Assembly: GCA_037146995.1 (NCBI GenBank)
Contig: JBAWWA010000004.1
Coordinates: 4,077 to 68,076, forward strand
From: a bacterium
GTDB taxonomy: Bacteria; Patescibacteriota; Patescibacteriia; Patescibacteriales; GWE2-39-37
Direction of reading: 5' to 3'
Length of the DNA: 64,000 nt
In this document: positions 45,725-55,704 of the stretch, one piece after another
Layout of the letters: every line of letters starts with the position of its first letter
Position numbering within the stretch: the first letter of the stretch is position 1
Made by a program: the position numbers and the translations under genes
The notes under the pieces: generated by a model
What the model saw: the letters and a program-made list of their open reading frames with translations, nothing else
Database searches by the model: none
Told to the model about the DNA's origin: nothing

Positions 45725-46651
45725 ATGTTTATCCAAAATTTGATTGTTATTGTTGGCCTGGTTGTTTTTGAAGTTATTTCCAGTGTTGATAATGCCATTG
45801 TAAATGCCCATGTCCTAAAAACCTTGCCGGAGAAATACCGCAAGATTTTTTTATTTTGGGGTCTCTTGTTCGCGGTTTTTGCAGTGCGCGGTCTCTTGCC
45901 TTTTGTGATTGTTTGGCTCGTCAATCCAGCCTTGTCATTTACTGAAGTGTTTCGTTTTGCTTTTTCAGGTGATCCGTTAATTACCGAATATGTAGAGAAG
46001 TCTAAGCCCATACTACTGCTTGGTGGTGGTGTTTATCTTTATCTGACAGCTTTGGCATGGCTTTTTTTGGAAGAAAAAAGTTATGCTTTTTTGGTTGAAA
46101 AATTCATCCATCGTAATAGTGTTTGGTTTTATGCCATTTCTTCGATTTCCGTAACGGCAATTACTTTTCTGGCCTTAAAAATTAATCCGATCTTAGCCCT
46201 GTCGGCCTCGATCGGTGCCACGTTCTTTTTTATTACTGACGGTTTTAAGAAAAATGCTGAAGAAAAAGAGGAACAATTAATTAAAGACTCATCCATGTCA
46301 GCTTGGTCAAAGATTATGTATCTCGAGGTCTTGGATGCTTCTTTTTCACTGGACGGGGTAATTGGTGCGTTTGCTTTTACAATTTCCGTGCCGTTGATCT
46401 TGATCGGTAATGGTATCGGGGCCTTCGTAGTGCGTGAATTAACAATTCGCGGCATTGATTTGATCAATAAGTTTGCGTATTTGAAAAATGGTGCTATGTA
46501 TTCGATTGGTTTTTTGGGTGCTATTATGGTTTTAGAATCACTCGGTCAACATTTTCCATTTTGGCTTTCGCCAGTAAATACTTTTGCATTGTTGGGTATT
46601 TTCCTGTTTTTATCATATCGCGAAACGAAATTGGCAGCACAAAAGTCTTAA
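45725..46651 (+). CDS. TerC/DUF475-family integral membrane protein
   Basis: Polytopic. N-terminal EVISSVDNAIVNA motif is typical of TerC-like proteins. Its start abuts the upstream stop (TAAATG). Confidence 0.6.
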   Translation: MFIQNLIVIVGLVVFEVISSVDNAIVNAHVLKTLPEKYRKIFLFWGLLFAVFAVRGLLPFVIVWLVNPALSFTEVFRFAFSGDPLITEYVEKSKPILLLGGGVYLYLTALAWLFLEEKSYAFLVEKFIHRNSVWFYAISSISVTAITFLALKINPILALSASIGATFFFITDGFKKNAEEKEEQLIKDSSMSAWSKIMYLEVLDASFSLDGVIGAFAFTISVPLILIGNGIGAFVVRELTIRGIDLINKFAYLKNGAMYSIGFLGAIMVLESLGQHFPFWLSPVNTFALLGIFLFLSYRETKLAAQKS

Positions 46652-46668
46652 TAAAATAACGTGCTTGT

Positions 46669-47523
46669 ATGAAAAAAAATATACCAAATCTTGGAGCACA
46701 TGTTTCAGCAGCTGGTGGGCTGTACAACGCTTTTATTAATGCGGAAAAAATCGGGGCGACTTGTGTCCAGATATTTGGTGGTTCACCCAAGATGTGGCGC
46801 GCTAGAGCGCAGACCGAAGTAGAAACCAAAAAATATTTCGAGGCGCAAAAACTTTCTAACGTTAAGAGCGTTTATTTACACGCATCATATTTGGTAAATC
46901 TTGGTAGTGACAAGGGAGCTAATCGTGAGAACTCTGTACTTTCATTGATTGATCACATGATGATTGCCGAGCAAATTAAGGCTAATGGCGTAATCTTTCA
47001 TATGGGTTCAAGTATGACTGGCACTAAGGAAGAAGCTTTGAAGTTTACGATTGCAGGCATGAAAGAGATTTTAAAACAGGTACCAGGGAAGACTTGGTTG
47101 ATACTTGAGAACTCGGCTGGCGGTGGTAACAAATTAGGCTTGGCTTTTAGTGAGGTGGCCGCCATTATTAATGGCGTTGGCTCGGAACGTGTTAAGGTTT
47201 GTCTGGATACTGCTCATTACTTTGAGGCTGGTGGTATTGAGGAGTATAGCAAAGCGAAAGTAAAAAAGATGTTCGATAATTTTGACCTGGAAGTTGGCCT
47301 CGATCGTTTAGTTGCCCTGCATGTTAATGACTCTAAAACGCCATACAACTCTCATAGTGATCGTCATGAAAATTTAGGTGATGGACACATTGGTATCGCT
47401 GGTTTTGAAAATTTGGCTAATGACGAGCGCTTAAGAGACAAGGACTGGCTACTTGAGGTGCCTGGTATTGATAATATGGGACCTGACACAGAGAACATGA
47501 AACGCTTGCGCGAATTGTTTTAG
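46669..47523 (+). CDS. nfo: Endonuclease IV (AP endonuclease, TIM barrel)
   Basis: GAHVS, HASYLVNL, HMGS, LENSAG, CLDTAHYF, HVNDSK, DRHENLGDGHIG. Confidence 0.93.
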   Translation: MKKNIPNLGAHVSAAGGLYNAFINAEKIGATCVQIFGGSPKMWRARAQTEVETKKYFEAQKLSNVKSVYLHASYLVNLGSDKGANRENSVLSLIDHMMIAEQIKANGVIFHMGSSMTGTKEEALKFTIAGMKEILKQVPGKTWLILENSAGGGNKLGLAFSEVAAIINGVGSERVKVCLDTAHYFEAGGIEEYSKAKVKKMFDNFDLEVGLDRLVALHVNDSKTPYNSHSDRHENLGDGHIGIAGFENLANDERLRDKDWLLEVPGIDNMGPDTENMKRLRELF

Positions 47524-47544
47524 TGAGATATTTAGATAAAAAAT

Positions 47545-47578
47545 AGGCTCGAATCACTTCATGTGATTCGAGCCTTTT
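47545..47578. terminator. Bidirectional intrinsic terminator
   Basis: 13-bp stem AGGCTCGAATCAC 47545-47557 / GTGATTCGAGCCT 47563-47575, followed by a T-run. Confidence 0.85.
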
Positions 47579-47585
47579 GTTTCTG

Positions 47586-47993
47586 TTATAGCTCCAGGTC
47601 TCTTAAGAGACAAAGCTTTTTGATGTCATTTGTGGCGCTAACAATCGCTTTTAATCCGATCCTAGAGTGAACACTTACTGTTGCGTTGGGTTTGCTTAAG
47701 TCGCAGTCGGCTTTAATTAATATGAAGTCGCCTTCTGGATGATTAATGTAACTGTAGTCGATGATGGCAACTAAACCGTGTTTATCTGATTCAGCAACTG
47801 AGTGATCAATCAATGAATGAAGAATTTTTTCTTCAAATTTATTGGTTGGTCTTGCGACATAGGTTGTGCCGGCATTTTTAGCATAAATTGCTTTGAAATT
47901 TTCGCCTGGAACGACAATTGCTGATGCAAATGCTGCATTTACAAGTGCCAGTGCTACGCCTACTGCGAATACAAATCGAAGAATGTTTTTCAT
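47586..47993 (-). CDS. Hypothetical secreted protein (135 aa)
   Basis: Signal peptide (FVFAVGVALALVNAAFA); AAGGA upstream of the ATG. Confidence 0.6.
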   Translation of the reverse strand: MKNILRFVFAVGVALALVNAAFASAIVVPGENFKAIYAKNAGTTYVARPTNKFEEKILHSLIDHSVAESDKHGLVAIIDYSYINHPEGDFILIKADCDLSKPNATVSVHSRIGLKAIVSATNDIKKLCLLRDLEL

Positions 47994-48215
47994 GTCTAAA
48001 TCCTTTTTTCCTTTGGATTTACCCTCAAATATGAGGATATTGAATGTTCATGATTATTAATATAGCATTTTTATCTAAAAGTGTCAAGTATTGTGGTGAT
48101 GTGCGCATGCATATGGCAGTTTTTTGACTAAAATATGGCTAAAATTAATAGTTTGCTATATATTTGGCTTTACTTTGACAATATTTAATAAATATGCTAA
48201 ATTAAGCGGTCATTC

Positions 48216-48431
48216 GTGACGATGCACATTAAAATCAAGGCAGTTAACGCTTCCGCCAGCTTTAAATTTTTCGAGAATGTCTACACCGAGGCTGAAGTCA
48301 AATATATGGCCCCGATGTTTTCACCCATGATCACTCAAAAAGGTTACCTGTTTTCGATGCTAATAAAGAATAACACTGACGTTTACTTTAAGCTTGAAGG
48401 TCAGGTGCTACAAATAAACCCCACTAAATAG
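48216..48431 (+). CDS. Hypothetical small protein (about 70 aa)
   Basis: ORF (GTG 48216 or ATG 48222) downstream of TTGACA-17-TAAATT; its end overlaps a terminator hairpin. Confidence 0.45.
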   Translation: MTMHIKIKAVNASASFKFFENVYTEAEVKYMAPMFSPMITQKGYLFSMLIKNNTDVYFKLEGQVLQINPTK

Positions 48432-48441
48432 TGGGGTTTTT
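48417..48441. terminator. Bidirectional intrinsic terminator
   Basis: Stem CCCCAC 48419-48424 / GTGGGG 48431-48436, T-run 48437-48441. Confidence 0.8.
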
Positions 48442-50554
48442 ATTTTAGATCGATGATGTAAAGTTTGCCATCGGTGAAATATTCGTCGAGCAGTTTTTTG
48501 ACGATCGTTGGTTGATTGAATTGCACGCGACTCCAGCTGGCGATTTTTTTATATTCTTTGAGTTTCTCAAAAATAAATTCGCGCTCGCCGTCAATATTAG
48601 GATTCAAACTTTTTTTGATGATTAGGCGAGTTGGTCTTTTGGCGGCGGCAATGCCGACAAAAATTATTTTATTGTTGGGCGTTCTGAAATTAGTTTCCCA
48701 GAACTTTACATAATTTCTTTCATCTGCTGATTTGTGCGTAAAGGCTAGATCGTTTACTTTTGTTTCCCAGAAAGACGGCGCAATTGGTAAGTTGTCGTAT
48801 TGCTTGACCATGAGGCCATTGCGTAGTGCCTTAACGAGCGCCTTGAAGTTTGGTTTGTCAGCTTTTTGCCAGCCAATTTCAGTAAAGGCACTTGCCAACT
48901 CGTCTTTATTGTTGGCTGCAATTATTAGACTAATCGGTTCTTGTTGGTCTCCGTCAAAGCTCTCACTATAGCTACTAAGCTTGTATTCATGTAGGCTGTC
49001 TACAATATTGTTGGTTGTGATAACAGGGACGGGCTCTAATTTTTTAAAATTAATGCGACTAGAGTAGTAGCCAAGAAATCCACTATAGAGAGTGATTGTT
49101 AGAAAAATCAAGATCAGTGAGACAAGTTTGAGGCCAGTTGAGAAGTGGCGTTTAAAAATCAGGGTTTTGTGTTGAAACCAAAAATATTGATTAATACCAA
49201 TGCCGACAGTTAACCACATGGCACCCAGTAAATAACCAGCCATGACATCCGATAAGAAATGGACGCGCAGATACAAGCGACTAAAACCGACTAGTCCGAT
49301 TAGGAGCGAGCTGAGAAAAATCGCGTTCACTCTTTTTTTGAAGGAATGTTTTCTGCAATAAAGATAAGTAATGTAGCCAAACATGGCCACGGCAACGGCT
49401 GAGTGAGTACTGGGAAAGGAATAAGAAGATTCATTGTAAAAGCTGTCGAGTGGTCTTGGCCTTTCAATGATAGTTTTTAAAAAGGCACTAGAAATAAAAG
49501 CTCCAAGAACGGCTACCCAATAGCCAAAGAGCGATTTTTCTCGACCCCTGATGTAGTAGGCAAGCGAGAATAAAATACTTAAGGCAATGACAATTTGCCA
49601 GCTTGCAATTGTCGTAGCACCTAATAATATTTTAATAAATAGAAAATTTTTAAAGGTACGCATTAAATTTTCAAGGCTTAAGTCCATTGCAAGAATTTCA
49701 CCTTGATTAAAAATACTGTCAGTTAGTGAGAGAAAATTATAAAACAGCAAGATAAAAATTAAAACTAGATAGGTTAATTTTTTACCGGTAAATTTTGCTT
49801 TATCAAACCTCTCATTTAAAAAATTAAAAAAATAATCATGACGTCCAATAAATTTTTGTAAGTCGTGGTTCTGTTTTAAAGATTGCTTGAATGATTGCCA
49901 AATGGCAGATATGATTATATAAAGTTCTTTGCCGTTTTTTATTATCAAGCGCTTACTGAGGTAAAAAATCGCGACAAATGAGGCGATATAAATTAACATC
50001 ACTTCTAAGCGACTAGACCATAACTTGATTAGCCAGAGCGCTTGGCCAAAAAAGAAGCCGGCTAAAATATGAATAGCTAACCAAGAGACAATGCTAATGG
50101 TGTTTAAAATAATGAAACGCAGCCAATTCATTTTGGCAACCCCGGCGATGAAGGGTGTTAATGGTCTAACAAAGCCGATATAACGACCGATGAGCACACT
50201 CTTGTTGCCGTGTTTGTTGAAAAATTCCTGACCCTTTTCCAGGTGAGCAAGCTTTAAAAATCTGGCATTGGCCTTGAACAGGCCTGAACCTTTACGTCCT
50301 AATGTGAAGCTAAGCAGATCACCGATAAAAAAGCCTAACGAGCCGAACAGCATGAGTTCTTGGAGTGAAAAAATACCTTTGGCGGCCAAGGTACCGATAA
50401 TGAAAGCGATTATTGCGCCGGGTACGATTAGGCCGATACCAACCAAGGCCTCACCGAAAAAAATTGCAAAAATAATAAAATAACCCAATAAACCCAGATT
50501 TTGAATCTGGGGGAGGAGGGAATTAAGCCATAATGAAATATCTGATATATGCAT
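48440..50554 (-). CDS. Triple-fusion membrane protein: DedA/SNARE-associated domain + PAP2 phosphatase + LssY-like C-terminal domain
   Basis: N-terminal DedA-like TM region; PAP2 motifs KTIIERPRP, PSTHS, SRLYLRVHFLSDV. The C-terminal ~200-aa soluble domain resembles LssY_C by eye. Confidence 0.75.
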   Translation of the reverse strand: MHISDISLWLNSLLPQIQNLGLLGYFIIFAIFFGEALVGIGLIVPGAIIAFIIGTLAAKGIFSLQELMLFGSLGFFIGDLLSFTLGRKGSGLFKANARFLKLAHLEKGQEFFNKHGNKSVLIGRYIGFVRPLTPFIAGVAKMNWLRFIILNTISIVSWLAIHILAGFFFGQALWLIKLWSSRLEVMLIYIASFVAIFYLSKRLIIKNGKELYIIISAIWQSFKQSLKQNHDLQKFIGRHDYFFNFLNERFDKAKFTGKKLTYLVLIFILLFYNFLSLTDSIFNQGEILAMDLSLENLMRTFKNFLFIKILLGATTIASWQIVIALSILFSLAYYIRGREKSLFGYWVAVLGAFISSAFLKTIIERPRPLDSFYNESSYSFPSTHSAVAVAMFGYITYLYCRKHSFKKRVNAIFLSSLLIGLVGFSRLYLRVHFLSDVMAGYLLGAMWLTVGIGINQYFWFQHKTLIFKRHFSTGLKLVSLILIFLTITLYSGFLGYYSSRINFKKLEPVPVITTNNIVDSLHEYKLSSYSESFDGDQQEPISLIIAANNKDELASAFTEIGWQKADKPNFKALVKALRNGLMVKQYDNLPIAPSFWETKVNDLAFTHKSADERNYVKFWETNFRTPNNKIIFVGIAAAKRPTRLIIKKSLNPNIDGEREFIFEKLKEYKKIASWSRVQFNQPTIVKKLLDEYFTDGKLYIIDLK

Positions 50555-50600
50555 TTATGCAAATAAAAATCGCCCCGTACTCCGAGACGATTTTAGATAT

Positions 50601-50780
50601 TTAGCTAGTAGCTAGTTTGGCAAGTGTACGAATACAGCTCGTACAAATTTTTAAAGTTTCGCCTTCAACTTTCTTGGTCTGAAGGTTGATGTGCTGGCGT
50701 TTTAAGCTTTTGATATTTGAGTGCGATCTGGTTGCACCCTTGGTGGCACTACGTTTGCAGGCGTCACAGCGTTTTGACAT
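50601..50780 (-). CDS. rpmB: 50S ribosomal protein L28
   Basis: MSKRCDACKRSATKGATRSHSNIKSLKRQHINLQ matches the bL28 pattern. Start taken at the internal ATG 50780. Confidence 0.85.
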   Translation of the reverse strand: MSKRCDACKRSATKGATRSHSNIKSLKRQHINLQTKKVEGETLKICTSCIRTLAKLATS

Positions 50781-50982
50781 ATAATTTATATACAATTACT
50801 TGATTACGATGATTTTTACAATATCATAAAGGTTTGCTTTTGGCAAGAGGGAGTGGTAGAATTAGCCTATAAAAGTTCAATTCTAAGGCTTTAGAACTAA
50901 TGAATAGCCGAATTGAGTCGCTTTTTCTGTTATTTATCTCGCCTATTGAGGGCGATAAATTTAAAAAATTAGCTAATATTAA

Positions 50983-51663
50983 ATGTTAATAACTATTTTT
51001 CTGATAGTGGCTTTGATTTTTTCGGCCATTTTGCATGAATTTGCGCATGGCTTTGCTGCTTATTTGCTTGGTGATAATACGGCTAAAAATGCGGGGCGTT
51101 TGACTCTCAACCCGGTAGCACACTTGGACCCGGTAGGTTCCATTTTGATGCCAGTGTTGATATTTTTTACCCATTTTGGGGTGGCTTGGGCTAAACCAGT
51201 GCCGTATAATCCCTACAATCTGCGCGACCAGCGTTTTGGTGATTTGAAAGTCGGTTTGGCTGGTCCGGGTATGAATGCCCTGATAGCCATTTTTTTTGGC
51301 TTATTTAGTCGATTGTTGCCGATTGCCCAGACGGTAAAAATTGAATCGATTAATGCTTTTATGTCGGGAAATTATGAGTTAATTCAGTTGAATATGCAGG
51401 GCTCACTTGCGGTTAGTTTGTTCGCCTTGTCATTGGTGGTTATATTTGTCAATTTGCTTTTAATGCTGTTTAATCTCTTGCCGATTCCGCCGCTTGACGG
51501 GTCAAAAGTAATATTGAACTTTTTGCCCTATCATTTGCAATTAAAATGGGCTCAGCTAGAGACGTATGGCTTCATGATTATTATTACTTTGTCATATTTA
51601 GGGGCGTTTAATTTGCTTGAGCCCGTTCTTGGTTGGTTGTTTTTGGTTTTAACTATTTATTAA
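50983..51663 (+). CDS. M50-family (site-2 protease-like) membrane metalloprotease
   Basis: HEFAHG zinc motif and NLLPIPPLDGSKV motif in a polytopic protein. Confidence 0.85.
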   Translation: MLITIFLIVALIFSAILHEFAHGFAAYLLGDNTAKNAGRLTLNPVAHLDPVGSILMPVLIFFTHFGVAWAKPVPYNPYNLRDQRFGDLKVGLAGPGMNALIAIFFGLFSRLLPIAQTVKIESINAFMSGNYELIQLNMQGSLAVSLFALSLVVIFVNLLLMLFNLLPIPPLDGSKVILNFLPYHLQLKWAQLETYGFMIIITLSYLGAFNLLEPVLGWLFLVLTIY

Positions 51664-51670
51664 AATTAAA

Positions 51671-51701
51671 AAGCAGATCGAGTTGATCTGCTTGTTTTTT
51701 T
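51671..51701. terminator. Bidirectional intrinsic terminator
   Basis: Stem AAGCAGATC 51671-51679 / GATCTGCTT 51685-51693, T-run to 51701. Confidence 0.85.
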
Positions 51702-51706
51702 GACAT

Positions 51707-52267
51707 TTATTTCGAAATAACCTCGCAATAGCTGATTTTTAGGGCTATTTCCTTGATTTGCCTGCGATGATGATCAAGAAAAGGTGTTATTACCTTGTTG
51801 ATGATTACCGTGTAGGCAGAAGTGTTATTCCAATCTACGCCGTAGTTAATGTCTGGGCCGGGTGGTGGATCATTTTTAACTGATTTCCAGTAAGTGAGGT
51901 TTTTGGTAAAGAGGCCGCATATATTGCCAAGATAGATGTCGTCACTCGTCACCACCTGATTGGTATTCGTACGATTCATACCGTGTGGATCCCTGGTGCT
52001 AATGAGCAATGTTTGAAGAATTTTTAAAATTTCAACTACTCCTTCAAAGTCTTTGATGCCGGAAAAAATTAAAATTTCCTTTTCAATGTCATTGCTCTCA
52101 TCAGCCATTTTTGAAATAATATTCAAATACATTTCAAGAGCCAGAGTTGGTTCAAAAATTTCCGTATCCTTTATAAAATAATAGATTTCACTGTACTTCT
52201 GGATGATTTTTTGTCGCGCGTCTGTCGTTCGCCATTTTTTTATGGCGCTTTGGATGGATTTTAGCAT
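51707..52267 (-). CDS. Hypothetical protein (186 aa), orphan
   Basis: Strong Shine-Dalgarno sequence (AAGGAGGcagtaaATG on the minus strand). Confidence 0.6.
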   Translation of the reverse strand: MLKSIQSAIKKWRTTDARQKIIQKYSEIYYFIKDTEIFEPTLALEMYLNIISKMADESNDIEKEILIFSGIKDFEGVVEILKILQTLLISTRDPHGMNRTNTNQVVTSDDIYLGNICGLFTKNLTYWKSVKNDPPPGPDINYGVDWNNTSAYTVIINKVITPFLDHHRRQIKEIALKISYCEVISK

Positions 52268-52632
52268 TTACTGCCTCCTTTTGATTTTGTTGGTAAAAAG
52301 CAATTAATTTAACAGGATAACACAAAATCAAATTATTGTCAATAATAGAGTAAAATTCGCTAAAATTAGGTTGACACATATCAATAAACCTGATAAATTA
52401 TAAAAGCACTAAAAAATATCTTTTTTAAGTATTATTTTAGGGTATTATCGATCGCATTTTGTGCTGATCCTAATTAACTACATAGCCAAGGAGCCAAGCT
52501 GCGCTCTATTGATGCTTTTCTGTTTCACTGACTTTCTTGTGGCGAGAAATGGGGGTGGATAGTGTTTTTATTTCACATGGCTAACATTGAAGAAATATTA
52601 ACATGTTTTTTTATTTATTACTTTTTTAAATT

Positions 52633-53061
52633 ATGCCAACAGTTAATCAATTGGTTCGTAAGGGTCGTACCTTGCAAAAAACCAAAAGCAAGAGTCCTGC
52701 CATGCAAACTGTACTTGATACCTTGCATCGCAAACGTTCAACTTTGCCACGTGGCGCAGCATTCAAGCGTGGTGTTTGCCTTAAAGTTACAACCACTACT
52801 CCAAAAAAACCTAACTCAGCTTTACGTAAAATTGCTCGTGTCAGATTATCAAATGGCGTAGAGGCAACTTGTTACATTCCTGGTATGGGTCACAACTTAC
52901 AAGAACATTCAGTTGTTTTGATTAAGGGTGGTAAGACTAAAGATTTACCAGGTGTGCGTTACAAAATCGTACGTGGTGTTTATGATACTCAGGGCGTTCA
53001 AAAGCGTATGCAAGGTCGCTCATGTTACGGTGCTAAGAAACCTAAGGCAGCTGCCAAATAA
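52633..53061 (+). CDS. rpsL: 30S ribosomal protein S12
   Basis: [12 protein letters not shown] .. [11 protein letters not shown] .. [27 protein letters not shown]. Confidence 0.98.
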   Translation: MPTVNQLVRKGRTLQKTKSKSPAMQTVLDTLHRKRSTLPRGAAFKRGVCLKVTTTTPKKPNSALRKIARVRLSNGVEATCYIPGMGHNLQEHSVVLIKGGKTKDLPGVRYKIVRGVYDTQGVQKRMQGRSCYGAKKPKAAAK

Positions 53062-53067
53062 ATATAT

Positions 53068-53535
53068 ATGAGAGGAAAACCAGCAGTTAAAAGAAAAATT
53101 GAGCCAGATGTAAAATATAACGATGTTGATGTAGCAAAATTTATCAATTACATCATGCAGGATGGCAAAAAATCAACGGCTCAGCGCGTTGTTTATGATG
53201 CTTTTGAAATTATTAAGGATGTTACAAAGCAAGATCCACGCCACATTTTCAACAAGGCGATGAAAAATATCGCTCCGCTAGTTGAGGTGCGTGGCAAGCG
53301 TGTCGGTGGTTCAAACTATCAAGTGCCATACCAAGTGCGTGGCGATCGTCGCTTCGTCTTGGCTTCACGTTGGGTGATTGCCGCCGCCAAGGCTCGCGGT
53401 GGACGTGCGATGTCAAAACTATTGTCAGACGAATTACTGGCCGCCTTTAAAGGTGAGGGTAATGCCATCAAAAAGCGTGACGATGTTCACAGAATGGCTG
53501 AATCAAACAAGGCTTTCGCCCATTTTTCACGTTAA
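53068..53535 (+). CDS. rpsG: 30S ribosomal protein S7
   Basis: DGKKSTAQRVVYDAF, PLVEVRGKRVGGSNYQVP, NKAFAHF. Confidence 0.97.
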   Translation: MRGKPAVKRKIEPDVKYNDVDVAKFINYIMQDGKKSTAQRVVYDAFEIIKDVTKQDPRHIFNKAMKNIAPLVEVRGKRVGGSNYQVPYQVRGDRRFVLASRWVIAAAKARGGRAMSKLLSDELLAAFKGEGNAIKKRDDVHRMAESNKAFAHFSR

Positions 53536-53615
53536 AGCTTTTAGTTTGCTTGTTAAATAATTCTATAATAATTCACGCACTATGCCATGGCTAGTGTGTA
53601 TACATAAAATAATTT

Positions 53616-55691
53616 ATGCCTCGAGAATATTCATTAGAAAAAACTCGTAATATCGGTATTATCGCTCACATTGATGCTGGTAAAACCACTGTTACTGAAC
53701 GCGTCCTATTTTATACTGGTAAAAAGCATAAAATCGGTGAGGTTCATGAAGGTGAAGCCACTATGGACTGGATGGAGCAGGAGCAGGAACGTGGCATTAC
53801 GATTACCTCGGCTGCTACTACTTGTTTCTGGAACAATCATCGTTTAAATATTATTGATACTCCGGGTCACGTTGATTTTACAGTTGAGGTTGAACGCTCA
53901 CTGCGCGTACTTGATGGTGGTGTCATGGTATTTGACGGCGTTGCTGGCGTAGAGCCACAATCAGAAACAGTTTGGCATCAGGCTGAAAAATATAAAGTAC
54001 CTCGAATTGCTTTTATTAATAAAATGGATCGCACTGGTGCTGATTTTTATAAGGACGTGCAATCTATTCATGATCGTTTGACCAAGGCTGCATATCCTAT
54101 TCAGTTGCCAATTGGTGCTGAAGAGAACTTCTTGGGTATTATTGATTTGTTGACTCGTGAGGCTCATTTTTATTTGGATGATTTAGGTACAAAACATGAA
54201 ATTCGTGAGGTACCAGAAGATATGAAGGCCAAGGTGGAGGAATATCGCAACCGTTTGGTTGAGGTTATTGCCGAAAATGACGAGTCTTTAATGGAGCGTT
54301 ATTTGGCCGGCGAAGAATTGTCAGCTGAAGAGCTACTAGCTGGTATGCGTAAGGCAGTTATTAAGAATGCTTTCTTGCCAGTTTTATGCGGTTCAGCTTT
54401 GAAAAATAAGGGTGTTCAATTTTTACTCGATAATGTTGTGGCTTTGTTACCATCACCTTTAGATGTGCCACAGATTTTGGGTTACGATATCGATGATGTG
54501 GAAAAGCGTATTCCGGTTGAGGCTAGAGACGATGCGCCGTTTTCCGCGTTGGCCTTTAAGATTGCAACTGACCCATTTGTGGGTAAACTTTGCTTTATCC
54601 GTGTGTATTCTGGTGTTATGACCTCTGGTTCTTATGTTTTGAATGCCTCAAATGGTGAAAAGGAACGTATCGGACGTATCGTTCGCATGCATGCTAACAC
54701 TCGTGAAGAAGTAAAAGAAGTTTATTCTGGAGAGATTGCCGCGGTTATCGGTCTGAAATCTACAACTACTGGTAATACTTTGTGTGATGTTGATAAGCCA
54801 ATTATTTTAGAATCAATCGTTTTCCCAGAGCCAGTTATTCAGATTGCTGTTGAGCCAAAGACTAAGGCTGACCAAGAAAAGATGGGTATGGCTTTGTCTA
54901 AGCTTGCCGAAGAGGATCCAACTTTCCGCGTAACCTCTAATGAAGAAACAAATCAGACTTTAATTGCTGGTATGGGGGAACTTCATTTGGATATTATCGT
55001 CGATCGCATGAAACGTGAGTTTAATGTCGAGGCAAATATTGGTAATCCGCAGGTTGCATATCGCGAAACGATCAAGGGCTCGGCTGAGGCTGAAGGCAAG
55101 TACGTCAAACAATCTGGTGGACGTGGTCAATTTGGTCATTGTTGGTTGCGCGTTGAACCATCAGAGGTTGGTAAAGGTTTTGAATTTGTTGATGAGACTA
55201 AGGGTGGATCGATTCCACGTGAATATATCGCTCCGATTGGTAAGGGTGTTAAAGAGGCAATGAATCGTGGTGTTTTGGCTGGTTTTCCAATGGTAGATGT
55301 TAAGGCAACTGTCTTTGATGGATCGTACCATGAAGTTGATTCCAACGAAGCTGCCTTTAAGATTGCCGGTTCAATGGCCTTTCAGGATGCAGTACGCAAG
55401 TCACAACCAATTATTCTTGAGCCGATGATGAAGGTGGGTGTTATTACACCTGAGCAGTTCATGGGTGATGTAATCGGTGATTTGAATTCAAAGCGCGGAC
55501 AAGTTGAGGAAATGACCGATCGTGGTCAGGTCAAGTTTATTATGGCTAAAGTTCCTTTGGCAAATATGTTTGGCTATTCGACTCAGTTGCGTTCCATGTC
55601 TCAAGGTCGTGCCAGCTACTCAATGGAATTCTCGCATTATGCAGAAGTTCCTGGTAACGTAGCCGCCGAGATCCAGTCAAAGAAGTCATAA
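53616..55691 (+). CDS. fusA: Elongation factor G
   Basis: [29 protein letters not shown], and domains II-V throughout. Confidence 0.98.
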   Translation: MPREYSLEKTRNIGIIAHIDAGKTTVTERVLFYTGKKHKIGEVHEGEATMDWMEQEQERGITITSAATTCFWNNHRLNIIDTPGHVDFTVEVERSLRVLDGGVMVFDGVAGVEPQSETVWHQAEKYKVPRIAFINKMDRTGADFYKDVQSIHDRLTKAAYPIQLPIGAEENFLGIIDLLTREAHFYLDDLGTKHEIREVPEDMKAKVEEYRNRLVEVIAENDESLMERYLAGEELSAEELLAGMRKAVIKNAFLPVLCGSALKNKGVQFLLDNVVALLPSPLDVPQILGYDIDDVEKRIPVEARDDAPFSALAFKIATDPFVGKLCFIRVYSGVMTSGSYVLNASNGEKERIGRIVRMHANTREEVKEVYSGEIAAVIGLKSTTTGNTLCDVDKPIILESIVFPEPVIQIAVEPKTKADQEKMGMALSKLAEEDPTFRVTSNEETNQTLIAGMGELHLDIIVDRMKREFNVEANIGNPQVAYRETIKGSAEAEGKYVKQSGGRGQFGHCWLRVEPSEVGKGFEFVDETKGGSIPREYIAPIGKGVKEAMNRGVLAGFPMVDVKATVFDGSYHEVDSNEAAFKIAGSMAFQDAVRKSQPIILEPMMKVGVITPEQFMGDVIGDLNSKRGQVEEMTDRGQVKFIMAKVPLANMFGYSTQLRSMSQGRASYSMEFSHYAEVPGNVAAEIQSKKS

Positions 55692-55704
55692 TTTTAGAGA
55701 AAAT

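Noticed and set aside
52470-52540. GTGCTGATCC...AGCCAAGGAGCCAAGCTGCGC in the long rpsL upstream region looked faintly like SRP RNA helix 8 flanks
   Set aside because: There is no GGAA/GNRA tetraloop with the AGCA/GGAA symmetric loop and no convincing long hairpin. More likely it is part of a long rpsL leader transcribed from TTGACA-17-TAAATT at 52371-52399. I left it uncalled.
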